Source of the DNA: Candidatus Limiplasma pullistercoris
Lineage (GTDB): Bacteria; Bacillota; Clostridia; Christensenellales; Aristaeellaceae
Direction: 5' to 3'
Length of the DNA: 64,000 nucleotides
NCBI GenBank assembly: GCA_018715165.1
Contig: DVMC01000066.1
Span: 15,050-79,049 of the forward strand
The notes under the pieces were generated by a model, which was given only the letters and a program-made list of their open reading frames with translations, was not told the DNA's origin and searched no databases. Positions within the stretch are counted from its first letter, which is position 1. The number at the start of each line of letters is the position of its first letter. Positions 62,974 to 64,000 of the stretch are shown piece after piece. The position numbers and the translations under genes are program-made.

Positions 62974-63948
62974 TCAGTTGGCGTGGACAATCCGAAGCCC
63001 GGTTTCCAGCGCGAAGCTCCTGACCTGGCTGTCCTCCAGATCCTCGCGGCGCATATCGACGGCGGTGATCTGGCTGTTGTCATACGTCTTGTAATAATAG
63101 ACGCCCTTGCTGGCGTTGATGCAGCAGGAATACGTGGTGATGTCCCAGAGGTCACCGGCCCTCACCGCGCCGCGCGGCATGGCCACGGCGTCCAGCAGGT
63201 GGAAAAACTGCGACACGCTGCTGCTCTCCTCCCCTTCGCACACAGCATTGCATCTTAGGAACGCGGCTTTGACAAACCGCGACACGGGCGAAAAATCGCC
63301 GGGAAGGCCGATAGCGCCAAATCCGCGGCCAAACGGCGCCAGCTCCAGCCCGGCTGCGAGGCTGTTTTCCGGCTCGCCGGACCTGAGCGCCATGTACTGG
63401 CGCAGGTTGGTCATCTGGAAATCAAAGGGCGGATTGTTGGTCAGCACGCCCACGGGATTGTCGTACACGCGCATGCCGCTTTGCATGCATTCCAGCACGA
63501 TGGAGCGCTCCCGGTCCGCAATATGCCAGTGCAGCGGCGCGAGGGGCATGCGGTCGCTGAAGGGAATGGCCACGATGTGGGTACGCGCCAGAAGGGCGCG
63601 CGCCTCCTCCACGCCGGCGCACTGCCCCAGCACCCACAGCGGCAGTTCAAAGGGGGATACGTTGGCCTTGTCCTCACACAGCTGCGCCGGATAAAAGGCA
63701 TTTTCGGGGAAGTTCAGGCCGGCGATGCACAGGCCCTTTTCATTTGCCGCTTCCGCATACAGGGGATACCCGTCCACCACCGTCGCCATGCCGATCATAG
63801 CATGGTGCCGCCTGCATTCGCCCGCCTTGCGAAAGACAATCGCGTATTGGCGGGGGGTGACCGCCACCTGTTCTCCAAAAGAATATTCCAGGTCAAGGTT
63901 TCGTCCAAAGTAAAAGTCTCCGGTTGTCAGCGCAATACTGGTGCACAT
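62974..63948 (-). CDS. Choloylglycine hydrolase family protein (bile salt hydrolase / penicillin V acylase type Ntn hydrolase)
   Basis: AGGAGAAAAATC then ATG. MCTSIAL gives a nucleophile Cys right after Met. FGRNLD and the later NPPF and GLPGD motifs fit the family. 324 aa. Confidence 0.85.
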   Translation of the reverse strand: MCTSIALTTGDFYFGRNLDLEYSFGEQVAVTPRQYAIVFRKAGECRRHHAMIGMATVVDGYPLYAEAANEKGLCIAGLNFPENAFYPAQLCEDKANVSPFELPLWVLGQCAGVEEARALLARTHIVAIPFSDRMPLAPLHWHIADRERSIVLECMQSGMRVYDNPVGVLTNNPPFDFQMTNLRQYMALRSGEPENSLAAGLELAPFGRGFGAIGLPGDFSPVSRFVKAAFLRCNAVCEGEESSSVSQFFHLLDAVAMPRGAVRAGDLWDITTYSCCINASKGVYYYKTYDNSQITAVDMRREDLEDSQVRSFALETGLRIVHAN

Positions 63949-64000
63949 GATTTTTCTCCTCGCAGGCGGCTTTTCATTTTCGCCGCCCTCTTTCATTATG

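Overview
This is a 64 kb chromosomal segment from a GC-rich, spore-forming Firmicute. It is probably a gut Clostridia or Oscillospiraceae-like anaerobe, inferred from spoIIR, spoIID, a SpoIIQ-like M23 peptidase and a bile-salt-hydrolase-family gene. All calls were made by eye from the ORF track, motifs, Shine-Dalgarno (SD) spacing and recalled family signatures; no searches were run. I support about 42 protein genes. I found no rRNA, tRNA or CRISPR array.

Main content, left to right:
- 1-3.2 kb: an AT-rich DUF3825-like gene and a GC-rich large serine recombinase that look like the end of an integrated element. They abut a cysteine-rich gene whose reading frame runs 246 nt antisense into the recombinase gene, so this may be an insertion-split gene.
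- 3.2-15 kb: a TraB/GumN protein, a DinG-like helicase with an N-terminal nuclease module, a YugP peptidase, spoIIR, ygiQ, several secreted proteins of unknown function, and a thioredoxin-reductase-like flavoprotein that lacks NADPH motifs.
- 15.2-21.2 kb: gltBD, preceded by an odd promoter-then-terminator leader.
- 21.5-29.3 kb: a single 2601-aa cyclic beta-1,2-glucan-synthase-like gene.
- 29.4-37.3 kb: glmS, a SpoIIQ-like M23 peptidase, spoIID, a DD-carboxypeptidase, a MATE transporter and a CapA protein.
- 37.3-55.6 kb: one co-directional minus-strand block. It holds a two-component system with a DUF4342 gene, an 8-gene translationally coupled operon joining an ABC-2 exporter to MoxR/DUF58/two VWA proteins and two large uncharacterised envelope proteins, and a TetR gene with an orphan FtsX permease and palindromic operators.
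- 55.8-64 kb: csoR-copA with textbook CsoR operators, a Qnr-like pentapeptide repeat protein, pfkA, mgtE with a possible M-box leader, a flavodoxin and a choloylglycine hydrolase.

The best candidates for something new are the possible intervening-element-split cysteine-rich gene and the 12 kb ABC-2/MoxR/VWA operon. Neither can be proven from this window alone.
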